NCBI GenBank assembly: GCA_036139835.1
Contig: JAYZYW010000066.1
Coordinates: 1-47,763, forward strand
DNA length: 47,763 nucleotides
Reading direction: 5' to 3'
DNA from: Bacteroidota bacterium
Lineage (GTDB): Bacteria > Bacteroidota > Bacteroidia > Flavobacteriales > BACL11
A program made the position numbers and the translations under genes. Shown one piece after another: positions 1-9,986 of this stretch (position 1 is its first letter; each line of letters opens with the position of its first letter). The notes beneath the pieces were generated by a model. That model made no database searches. It was not told the origin of the DNA and saw only the letters and a list, made by a program, of their open reading frames with translations.

Positions 1-68
1 GTTTTAACTACTTTTCTAGTAGTTGTTACTGATTTTTTAGCAGTTTCTTTCTTATTTTCTTCTGACAT
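1..68 (-). CDS. rpsA: 5' end of a gene running off the window, probably 30S ribosomal protein S1 (partial)
   Basis: ATG at 68-66 opens MSEENKKETAKKSVTTTRKVVK to the edge; own TAnnTTTG promoter; identity inferred only from cmk-ispH-rpsA synteny. Confidence 0.5.
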   Translation of the reverse strand, partial: MSEENKKETAKKSVTTTRKVVK

Positions 69-186
69 TTTTGTCGTTTCTCTTTGTATCTTAAAGTAAG
101 TAAGGCTTAGATGGCTTAACATTTAAGAGCGATTAATTATAAATTCGTTCCCTTTCAATACCTCACTACCATTCTGAAAAGGCCTG

Positions 187-194
187 CAAAAATA
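187..194 (-). promoter_or_regulatory. Bacteroidota -7 promoter element (TATTTTTG) for the putative rpsA
   Basis: Exact TAnnTTTG match in the intergenic region. Confidence 0.65.
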
Positions 195-225
195 CAATTT
201 TAATCTGAAAAAATACAAAAAATAT

Positions 226-1098
226 TTAAGCTATTTTTGCTATAGCCTTTTGTACACTTTCCATCAACCATCTAGGAGTTGATGTAGCCCCACAAATCCC
301 TACTGAATTAATACCCAAAAACCAATCAGATTTCAACTCCTCTATATCTGATATAAAATAGGAATTTTGGTTTTGACTTTTACAGGACTGATACAACATT
401 TTTCCATTTGAAGACTTCTTTCCACTAACAAAAATAATAACATCATTTATATTAGAAAATTGCTTTAATTGGGGCTCTCTTCCAGAGACCTGTCTACATA
501 AAGTATCATTTACTATATATTTTATATTAGTATTAGTTGACATTTTTACCCTTTTTTCTATCTCTAAAGTGATATCTTGATATGCTTTTGGACTCTTAGT
601 AGTTTGAGAATATATATAAATAGATTTATTAAAATCTATTTTCTCTAAATCTTCAATAGTTGCAACAACAATTGCATTATTATTTGTTTGCCCAAGCAAA
701 CCAACTACTTCTGCATGTCCCTGTTTCCCAAAAATAATCACCTGCCCATCAATTTGTTTCATCTCTTCATACCCTCCCTTTATTTGATGTTGTAATTTTA
801 GCACAACAGGACAAGAAGCATCTAACAATTGAACATTATTTTTCAAAGCCAATTCATAAGTCTCAGGAGGCTCACCATGAGCACGAATCAATACTTTACA
901 ATCTTTCAAATCTTTCAAATCATTATGATCTATTATTTTCAACCCTAAAGCATTTAAACGTTCAACTTCTTTGTTATTATGTACGATATCTCCCAAACAA
1001 TATAAATTATCTTCATTTTTCAAAATAGATTCAGCCATTTCAATAGCATAAACCACTCCAAAACAAAAGCCAGAATAAGCATCAATTGTAATTTTCAT
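226..1098 (-). CDS. ispH: 4-hydroxy-3-methylbut-2-enyl diphosphate reductase
   Basis: GFCFGV, IVHN, RAHG, ASCPVV, HAEV, SQTT, SSN and GATSTP motifs; three Fe-S cysteines. Confidence 0.96.
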   Translation of the reverse strand: MKITIDAYSGFCFGVVYAIEMAESILKNEDNLYCLGDIVHNNKEVERLNALGLKIIDHNDLKDLKDCKVLIRAHGEPPETYELALKNNVQLLDASCPVVLKLQHQIKGGYEEMKQIDGQVIIFGKQGHAEVVGLLGQTNNNAIVVATIEDLEKIDFNKSIYIYSQTTKSPKAYQDITLEIEKRVKMSTNTNIKYIVNDTLCRQVSGREPQLKQFSNINDVIIFVSGKKSSNGKMLYQSCKSQNQNSYFISDIEELKSDWFLGINSVGICGATSTPRWLMESVQKAIAKIA

Positions 1099-1784
1099 TA
1101 TTTCTTATCATTTATTAAGCCCTCAATCAAAACATTTTGATCTTGAATAGATAAATCTGAGTTATCAATTAATACAGCATCAGTTGCCATAACTAATGGA
1201 TTAATCTCCCTTTGCGTATCATGTGTATCTCTGTCATTGAGATTTTTTAAAATTTCATTAAAAGTAACATCATGCCCTTTTTTCACCAACTCATCATACC
1301 TTCTTTTAGCACGAATCTCAGCACGAGCAGTAACAAATAATTTTAATTTTGCATCAGGAAAAACTTTTGTGCCAATATCCCTTCCATCCATAACCACATT
1401 CTTAGATTCTCCTATTTCTTGTTGCAGAGCAATTAGTTTCTTACGAACCTCCTTTATTTGAGCAATAATTGAAACATTATCAGAAACTTTTATACCTCTA
1501 ATCAAGCCCTCTACATTCTCTCCATTCAGAATAGTTTCTGATTGTTTTGTTATTGAATTAAACTCAAAATTAATTGATACTTTATTAAGAAATTTAGGTA
1601 AATTATCAAAAGAGACTACCTTACTTTTAATAAGACTATTCCTCATACAATATAACGTAATGGCACGGTACATTGCTCCTGTATCAATATAACGCATTGC
1701 ATATTTATTAGCAATTGATTTTGCAATTGTACTTTTCCCACAAGAGGAATGACCATCAATAGCTATGTTAAATAGCAAGCTCAT
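1098..1784 (-). CDS. cmk: cytidylate kinase
   Basis: IAIDGHSSCGKST P-loop, YIDTGAMYRA, VMDGRDIGT. Confidence 0.97.
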   Translation of the reverse strand: MSLLFNIAIDGHSSCGKSTIAKSIANKYAMRYIDTGAMYRAITLYCMRNSLIKSKVVSFDNLPKFLNKVSINFEFNSITKQSETILNGENVEGLIRGIKVSDNVSIIAQIKEVRKKLIALQQEIGESKNVVMDGRDIGTKVFPDAKLKLFVTARAEIRAKRRYDELVKKGHDVTFNEILKNLNDRDTHDTQREINPLVMATDAVLIDNSDLSIQDQNVLIEGLINDKK

Positions 1785-2812
1785 CAGAGTCCAAAAGTAC
1801 TCAAATTTGTTGCAATACTAAAATTATTTGTCATACCTGAAAGATGATAAGATGATCTACTATAGTCAAAATAATATTTAGATACTCGAAATCCTATACC
1901 CCAAGAGAACCCAACCATAGCGGGCCAACTAACTGTTGACAAATCAAACCTTCTCTGAAAATTAAACCCACCCCTAATAAATAAACTTTTTCTGAATGGA
2001 TTTAACTCCCCACCAATAACAAAATGTCGTAAAGCAGTTTTAGCAATACTTTCTTCTTTTATTTCAAGTTCCCCTGTCTCAATATTTGTTTGATTTATTA
2101 ATTTATAAGGAGATTTCACATCAAACTTATTGATATTATTATACGCTAAATGATATCTAAAAGGCAAATGCGCTAATTCTTTACTTATCGCAAACTGAAT
2201 TTCATAAGGAAAACTTTCCTTCTCAGATGAATAGGTGTTTAATTGTCTTCCAATATTCTTTATAAGCAATGTGGAAGAAAACCTCTTTTCAGAATTAAAA
2301 TAAGTAGAACTTATGTTGGATGATAACGCGAAAGCAGTATAAGTATCATAAGTAGCATTTAACAAATTAAGAGTTACTCCTACAGACAATTTTTCATGCA
2401 CTTTTTTACCAATCCCAAAAGTTAGTACCTGGTCATTTGCAGAAAAACTACCCTGATTATAACCTGTAGCATCATTTCTCTCAAAATCACCATAGTTAAT
2501 AGCTTTTAAGGAAACTCCTATGGTTCCTATTTCTTTAAAATTCCTCGCATATGAAAAAGAAAGCAAATTAATATCTGAAAAATAATCACCAAATGTAAAA
2601 ACTAATTCATTATGCATAGATGCATTTAAAAGTGATGGAACTGTTTGAGATAAAGAGACATCACTATCAAATACCGCAATTGCACTACCTCCAAGAGCTT
2701 CTATTCTTGGAGAGTGTTCAACATTAATACACGAGAATACACTCTGTCCACCATCTTGAGCAATAATACTCAAAGGCAAGAAAAGTGCTATTAAAAAATG
2801 TGTATATCGCAT
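1784..2812 (-). CDS. porQ: type IX secretion system outer-membrane barrel PorQ
   Basis: Signal peptide, SPRIEALGG N-terminal motif, PorV-family-like beta-strand pattern, lon-porQ-cmk synteny. Confidence 0.85.
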   Translation of the reverse strand: MRYTHFLIALFLPLSIIAQDGGQSVFSCINVEHSPRIEALGGSAIAVFDSDVSLSQTVPSLLNASMHNELVFTFGDYFSDINLLSFSYARNFKEIGTIGVSLKAINYGDFERNDATGYNQGSFSANDQVLTFGIGKKVHEKLSVGVTLNLLNATYDTYTAFALSSNISSTYFNSEKRFSSTLLIKNIGRQLNTYSSEKESFPYEIQFAISKELAHLPFRYHLAYNNINKFDVKSPYKLINQTNIETGELEIKEESIAKTALRHFVIGGELNPFRKSLFIRGGFNFQRRFDLSTVSWPAMVGFSWGIGFRVSKYYFDYSRSSYHLSGMTNNFSIATNLSTFGL

Positions 2813-2850
2813 TCAGTCTTAAAAACGATTTCCTTTTTAATTTATTACTA

Positions 2851-2858
2851 CAAAGATA
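2851..2858 (-). promoter_or_regulatory. -7 promoter element (TATCTTTG) for porQ-cmk-ispH
   Basis: Exact TAnnTTTG directly after the lon stop codon. Confidence 0.6.
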
Positions 2859-5309
2859 TTAATTAATCTTAACAGCATCTTTTACTTTTTCTTCCAAAAG
2901 TGCAATATCAATGACCTCTTTTAAAGTATCTACATAATGAAAAATCATACCCTTAAGATATCTTTCATTAATTTCTAAAATGTCTTTTTTATTTTGTTGT
3001 GATAAAATAACCTCATGTATACCAGTTCGCTTAGCTGCTAATATTTTCTCTTTAATCCCACCAACTGGGAGCACCTTACCTCTTAAAGTAAGCTCTCCAG
3101 TCATAGCAATTTTTTCCTTTACTTTTCTTTGTGTAAATGATGAAACTAAAGAAGAAAACATGGTAATACCAGCAGATGGGCCATCTTTTGGAGTAGCTCC
3201 TTCTGGCACATGAACATGCACATTCCATTTATCAAAAATATCATAAGACAAATCGTAAGTATTAGCATGCGCTTTTAAATACTCCATTGCGATTGTGACT
3301 GATTCTTTCATTACCGTTCCCAAATTACCTGTTACTGATAGCTTTCCTTTTCCTTTACTTAGACTGCTTTCAATAAAAAGAATATCACCACCAACTGATG
3401 TCCAAGCTAACCCCGTAACCACACCTGCAACTGAATTATCAGTTACTCTATCTCTATCAAATTTTGGAGCACCTAACACTTTTTCGACTATCGCAACATT
3501 TGGGGAATAATCAAATTCTTGATTCATAGCAATTGATTTTGCAACATTTCTGATCATCTTACTAATCATTTTCTCAAGAGTTCTCACTCCAGATTCACGA
3601 GTATACTGATCAATAATTTTCTCTAACATTTTATCTGATATAGTAAATTGCTTTTCTTTCATGCCATGTAATCTTATTTGTTTAGGGAACAAATGTTTTT
3701 TAGCAATTTGAACCTTTTCTTCAATAGTATAGCCATTCATTTCTATAATTTCCATTCTATCCCTAAGTGCCGGCTGTATCGTAGCTAATGAATTTGCTGT
3801 AGCAACAAACATCACTTTTGACAAATCATAGTCTAATTCTAAATAATTATCATGAAAAGTTTCATTTTGCTCGGGATCTAAAACCTCCAAAAGAGCGGAA
3901 GAAGGATCCCCATAATTATCTCTTGTAACCTTATCAATCTCATCTAAAACAAAAACTGGGTTTGATGATTTTGCTTTTTTAACAGATTTAATAATTCTTC
4001 CGGGCATTGCTCCAATATAAGTTTTGCGGTGCCCTCTAATTTCCGCTTCATCACGCAACCCTCCCAATGAAACTCTCTCATATTTTCTTCCAAGCGCTTC
4101 TGCTATTGATTTTCCCAATGAGGTTTTCCCTACACCAGGAGGCCCAAACAAACAAAGAATTGGAGATTTCATATCTCCTTTTAGCTTTAGAACTGCCAAA
4201 TGTTCAATAATTCTTTCTTTAACTTGTTCTAACCCAAAATGATCTCTATCCAAAATTTTTCTTGCTTTATCAAGGTCAAAATTATCTTTAGTTACCTCAT
4301 CCCAAGGTAAATCTAAAATAAGTTCGATATAGCTTCTTTGCACAGCATAATCTGACATTGAAGGATTCATCCTTTGTAATTTTCTTAACTCCTTATCAAA
4401 TGCATTTGCAATTTCTTTATTCCACTTCTTTTTAGAGGCCTCCTTACGCATTTCTTCAACTTCTTTATGTGAACCGCTCCCTCCTAATTCTTCTTGTATT
4501 GCTTTCATCTGCTGATTCAAAAAATACTCCTTTTGCTGCTGATCTAAATCAGTCTGCACTTTTGATTGAATCTTATTCTTCATTTCTAGCATTTGCAACT
4601 CTTTTGTTAAAAGTTCTAATGCTGAAATCGCACGTTTTTTCAAATCAATTTCTTCTAATAGAAACTGCTTTTCTGCTAACCCAATATTCATATTTGAAGA
4701 GACAAAATTTATTGCGAATGATGAATTCTTAATGTTTTTAATTGCTATTGCAGCTTCACTAGGAATATTTGGAGATGCATCAATAATTTTTAATGATAAA
4801 TCCTTGATTGAAGAAACTAAAGCGGAGAATTCATCATCCTTTACTTCTGGTTTCACTTCTTTCAATTCAGTAATTTTTGCTTTAAAATAAGGAATATCTT
4901 GCATCATTTCATCAATTTTAAAACGCTTACGCCCTTGGATTACGACAGTAATATTTCCATCAGGCATTTTTAACATTTTCAGAATATGAGCAATTGTCCC
5001 AACTTCATGTAAATCGCTCATTTCAGGGAGCTCTATATCAAAATCCTTTTGAGCAACTACACCTATCATTTTATCACCCCTCTCAGCCTCCTTAATAAGC
5101 TTAACCGATCTATCTCTTCCAATAGTAATTGGAATAATAACACCAGGAAATAAAACAGTATTTCTTAAAGGTAATATCGGTAAAATATCCGGAGTGTCTT
5201 CTTTGGAGATTTTGGCTTCATCCTCATCACTCATCAATGGCAAAAACTCTGTATCTTCATTCAATAACTCTGATAAATCTAATGAGCTCATTCGTATATC
5301 TTTCTTCAT
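2859..5309 (-). CDS. lon: ATP-dependent Lon protease
   Basis: LPLRNTVLFPG N-domain, GPPGVGKTS Walker A, LDEIDK, PKDGPSAG catalytic Ser, GGIKEK. Confidence 0.98.
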   Translation of the reverse strand: MKKDIRMSSLDLSELLNEDTEFLPLMSDEDEAKISKEDTPDILPILPLRNTVLFPGVIIPITIGRDRSVKLIKEAERGDKMIGVVAQKDFDIELPEMSDLHEVGTIAHILKMLKMPDGNITVVIQGRKRFKIDEMMQDIPYFKAKITELKEVKPEVKDDEFSALVSSIKDLSLKIIDASPNIPSEAAIAIKNIKNSSFAINFVSSNMNIGLAEKQFLLEEIDLKKRAISALELLTKELQMLEMKNKIQSKVQTDLDQQQKEYFLNQQMKAIQEELGGSGSHKEVEEMRKEASKKKWNKEIANAFDKELRKLQRMNPSMSDYAVQRSYIELILDLPWDEVTKDNFDLDKARKILDRDHFGLEQVKERIIEHLAVLKLKGDMKSPILCLFGPPGVGKTSLGKSIAEALGRKYERVSLGGLRDEAEIRGHRKTYIGAMPGRIIKSVKKAKSSNPVFVLDEIDKVTRDNYGDPSSALLEVLDPEQNETFHDNYLELDYDLSKVMFVATANSLATIQPALRDRMEIIEMNGYTIEEKVQIAKKHLFPKQIRLHGMKEKQFTISDKMLEKIIDQYTRESGVRTLEKMISKMIRNVAKSIAMNQEFDYSPNVAIVEKVLGAPKFDRDRVTDNSVAGVVTGLAWTSVGGDILFIESSLSKGKGKLSVTGNLGTVMKESVTIAMEYLKAHANTYDLSYDIFDKWNVHVHVPEGATPKDGPSAGITMFSSLVSSFTQRKVKEKIAMTGELTLRGKVLPVGGIKEKILAAKRTGIHEVILSQQNKKDILEINERYLKGMIFHYVDTLKEVIDIALLEEKVKDAVKIN

Positions 5310-5337
5310 AATAAATTGTTTTCACTAACTTTATAAA

Positions 5338-5353
5338 TGCAATTATTGTACCA
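5338..5353 (-). promoter_or_regulatory. sigma54-like -24/-12 promoter (TGGTAC-AATAA-TTGCA) upstream of lon
   Basis: One mismatch to TGGCAC-N5-TTGCA with exact GG-N10-GC spacing, 28 bp upstream of the ATG. Confidence 0.55.
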
Positions 5354-5382
5354 TGAAAATAAAATGGTCTTTTTGTCAGTTA

Positions 5383-6567
5383 TTACTCGTTTCGATAACG
5401 TTTTGTCATATCATACACGTGCTCAAGAATATCTTTTTCTGATTTATCAAACTTGATTTTTCTTCTAGCAAATACTTTCTCTACTACATCAAAAACTTTA
5501 GGTAATTTATAAACTGAAAAACCTGAAGATCCACCCCAACTAAAGGATGGAATAAAATTTCTAGGAAAGCCACTTCCAAAAATATTAGTACTTACACCAA
5601 CTACAGTACCAGTATTAAACATGGTATTTATACCGCATTTTGAATGGTCTCCCATGATTAATCCACAAAACTGAAGATCTGTATTCTTAAAGCTTTCTGT
5701 CTCATAATTCCATAACTTGACTTGAGCATAATTATTTTTAAGGTTAGAATTATTAGTGTCAGCACCTAAATTACACCACTCACCAATTACAGAGTTACCC
5801 AAGAAACCATCATGCGCTTTGGATGAATAACCAAAAAATACAGCATTATTGATCTCTCCTCCTACTTTGCAATAGGGGCCCAAAGTAGTTGCACCATAGA
5901 TTTTTGACCCCATTTTTAATACTGAATTATTTAACATAGCAAAAGGCCCTCTAACCATAGATCCTTCCATAATTTCTGCATCTTTACCAATATAAATAGG
6001 TCCATCAGTAGTATTCAAAATACAATGCTGTAATTTAGCACCTTCTTCAATCCAAATGGGATGATTTCCAATCTTGATATTAGAGGTTTTAATTTGTTCT
6101 AATTTTTCAACAGTTCCTTGCCATTTTAGTTTTTTTGAAGGGAACATTCGATCAAAATCATTCTTTATTTCTTCTCCATTTAAAGAAAAAATATCACATA
6201 AATTCTCAATAGTACTGAATGTAGTATTAGAATCAATGACATTTAGTTTCTTGGTGTTAAAAGTGCTATTTCTAAAAGCAACAATCTTTCCATTTTTTGC
6301 TAAAGCCTCTCCAACTCTTAAGCTATTCAACTCTATTGTTAACACTTGTGAAGGAAGGATTCGAGCATCAATCCAAAGATTATCTTTTTGAACTTTTAAA
6401 GGAAACTTAGCCAACAAATAATCTTCCGTTTTTACCGAAACAGACTTGTAATATTTTTCCCATTTCTCTTTTATTGTACATATACCAACTCTAAAATACG
6501 CAATAGGACGTGTAAAACTTAACGGATAATAATTAGCCCGATGGTTGTCAAATAATATTACGTTCAT
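5383..6567 (-). CDS. GlmU-related putative sugar-nucleotidyl/acyltransferase (Bacteroidota type, hexapeptide repeats)
   Basis: YPLSFTRPIAYFRVGICTIKEKW N-domain, GPIYIG, KAHDGFLGNSVIGEWCNLGA; start moved to ATG 6567 because the upstream extension lies in a terminator/promoter. Confidence 0.85.
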   Translation of the reverse strand: MNVILFDNHRANYYPLSFTRPIAYFRVGICTIKEKWEKYYKSVSVKTEDYLLAKFPLKVQKDNLWIDARILPSQVLTIELNSLRVGEALAKNGKIVAFRNSTFNTKKLNVIDSNTTFSTIENLCDIFSLNGEEIKNDFDRMFPSKKLKWQGTVEKLEQIKTSNIKIGNHPIWIEEGAKLQHCILNTTDGPIYIGKDAEIMEGSMVRGPFAMLNNSVLKMGSKIYGATTLGPYCKVGGEINNAVFFGYSSKAHDGFLGNSVIGEWCNLGADTNNSNLKNNYAQVKLWNYETESFKNTDLQFCGLIMGDHSKCGINTMFNTGTVVGVSTNIFGSGFPRNFIPSFSWGGSSGFSVYKLPKVFDVVEKVFARRKIKFDKSEKDILEHVYDMTKRYRNE

Positions 6568-6573
6568 AGTAGG

Positions 6574-6581
6574 CAAAGTTA
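6574..6581 (-). promoter_or_regulatory. -7 promoter element (TAACTTTG) 6 nt before the GlmU-like ATG
   Basis: Exact TAnnTTTG. Confidence 0.6.
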
Positions 6582-6584
6582 AAT

Positions 6585-6616
6585 AAAAAAGCCCACACAA
6601 ATGTGCAGGCTTTTTT
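6585..6616 (-). terminator. intrinsic terminator after rpmE2
   Basis: AAAAAAGCC-CAC...GTG-CA-GGCTTTTTT hairpin with flanking A/T tracts. Confidence 0.8.
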
Positions 6617-6632
6617 ATAGTTTAAAATTCTA

Positions 6633-6887
6633 TTATTTTTGAAATTTCTTATATTTATTCTTAAACTTATCAATTCTTCCGGCTGTATCAATCAATTTAG
6701 CTTTGCCTGTAAAAAATGGATGAGAGTCGGAAGAGATTTCCATTTTAAATAACGGATATTCATTTCCATCTTCCCATTTAATTGTATCCTTAGTTTCAAC
6801 ACATGATTTTGTTAAAACTGCATAATCAGTTGACATATCTTTAAACACGCACAATCTATAATTATCTGGATGTATGTTTTTTTTCAT
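6633..6887 (-). CDS. rpmE2: 50S ribosomal protein L31 type B
   Basis: [32 protein letters not shown]; no CxxC zinc motifs. Confidence 0.97.
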   Translation of the reverse strand: MKKNIHPDNYRLCVFKDMSTDYAVLTKSCVETKDTIKWEDGNEYPLFKMEISSDSHPFFTGKAKLIDTAGRIDKFKNKYKKFQK

Positions 6888-6906
6888 AATCTTAAAAGTA
6901 GGACTG

Positions 6907-6914
6907 CAAAAGTA
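6907..6914 (-). promoter_or_regulatory. -7 promoter element (TACTTTTG) for rpmE2
   Basis: Exact TAnnTTTG followed by CA. Confidence 0.65.
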
Positions 6915-6954
6915 ATAAGTTTTATCATTTTAGCAACTTTATATCCAACAAAAA

Positions 6955-7890
6955 TTACAGATTTAAATCATTAAGTAATGAATTGGTTGCTTTTACTCCA
7001 TCAGCTGAAGTTTTTAATTTATTCATTTCAGAATCATTAAGATTAATTTCTACAATACGTTCAATTCCATTTTTACCTAAAATAACTGGAGCTCCAATAC
7101 ATAAATCATTTAAGCCAAATTCCCCATCAAGTAATACAGAACAAGGAAACATTTTTTGTTGGTTACAAGCAATTGCTTGCACCAAACTACTTACTGCTGC
7201 ACCGGGAGCGTACCAAGCTGAAGTGCCTAACATTCCTGTTAATGTAGCCCCACCCACTTTAGTATCCTCTAAAACTTTTCGCAATCTTTCATCAGATAAA
7301 AATTCAGAAATATTAACAGAATTTCTAGTTGCTAATCTTGTTAAGGGCACCATTCCAGTATCGGAATGACCTCCAATTACCATACCATTAATATCAGAAG
7401 CTGGGCATTCCATTGCCTCGGCTAATCTATATTTGAATCTTGCAGAATCTAAAGCCCCTCCCATACCAATAATTCTATTTTTAGGCAGCCCAGTTGCTTT
7501 ATGAGTCAAATAAGTCATGGTATCCATAGGATTACTTACAATAATCAAAATAACATCAGGAGAGTATTTAATTAATTGCTCAGTAACTGATTTTACAATT
7601 CCTGCATTGATTCCAATTAATTCCTCTCTTGTCATTCCAGGTTTTCTTGGAATTCCTGAAGTAATTACTGCTATATTACTACCTGCAGTTTTCAAATAAT
7701 CGTTAGTGCTTCCTATAATTTTAGTGTCAAACCCATTCAAAGAAGCTGTCTGCATCAAATCCATTGCTTTACCTTCAGCAAAATTTTCTTTAATATCAAC
7801 TACTACTACTTCTGAAGCAAAGTTTTTTATTGCAATATATTCTGCACAACTTGCTCCTACTGCTCCTGCTCCTACTACTGTAACTTTCAT
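6955..7890 (-). CDS. mdh: malate dehydrogenase (LDH-like)
   Basis: GAGAVG Rossmann motif, GIPRKPGMTREEL, SNPMD, LDSARF, GGHSD. Confidence 0.96.
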   Translation of the reverse strand: MKVTVVGAGAVGASCAEYIAIKNFASEVVVVDIKENFAEGKAMDLMQTASLNGFDTKIIGSTNDYLKTAGSNIAVITSGIPRKPGMTREELIGINAGIVKSVTEQLIKYSPDVILIIVSNPMDTMTYLTHKATGLPKNRIIGMGGALDSARFKYRLAEAMECPASDINGMVIGGHSDTGMVPLTRLATRNSVNISEFLSDERLRKVLEDTKVGGATLTGMLGTSAWYAPGAAVSSLVQAIACNQQKMFPCSVLLDGEFGLNDLCIGAPVILGKNGIERIVEINLNDSEMNKLKTSADGVKATNSLLNDLNL

Positions 7891-7915
7891 TTATTTTTCT
7901 TAATTTATTATTTCT

Positions 7916-9892
<1,977 letters not shown>

Positions 9893-9903
9893 TTATAAAG
9901 AAA

Positions 9904-9911
9904 CAAATATA
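9904..9911 (-). promoter_or_regulatory. -7 promoter element (TATATTTG) for gyrB-mdh
   Basis: Exact TAnnTTTG. Confidence 0.6.
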
Positions 9912-9963
9912 CAATTTTACTACTGATTAAAAGCATAAGAAAACACATAATAAATAGCTTGTT

Positions 9964-9983
9964 TTATCAACATAGGTTGATAA
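9964..9983. promoter_or_regulatory. inverted repeat TTATCAAC-ATAG-GTTGATAA, a possible pair of DnaA-box-like sites upstream of the gyrB promoter
   Basis: Perfect 8-bp inverted repeat; TTATCAACA is 1 mismatch from TTATCCACA; no U-tract on the minus strand. Confidence 0.45.
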
Positions 9984-9986
9984 CTT

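Noticed and set aside
51-68. Same MSEENK N-terminus in the edge ORF and GyrB, suggesting duplication
   Set aside because: Only six codons with differing nucleotides; common A-rich N-terminal bias.
6633-6887. Zinc-free L31 as evidence of a Zur-regulated paralog
   Set aside because: Type B L31 is the usual form in Bacteroidota; no operator palindrome seen.
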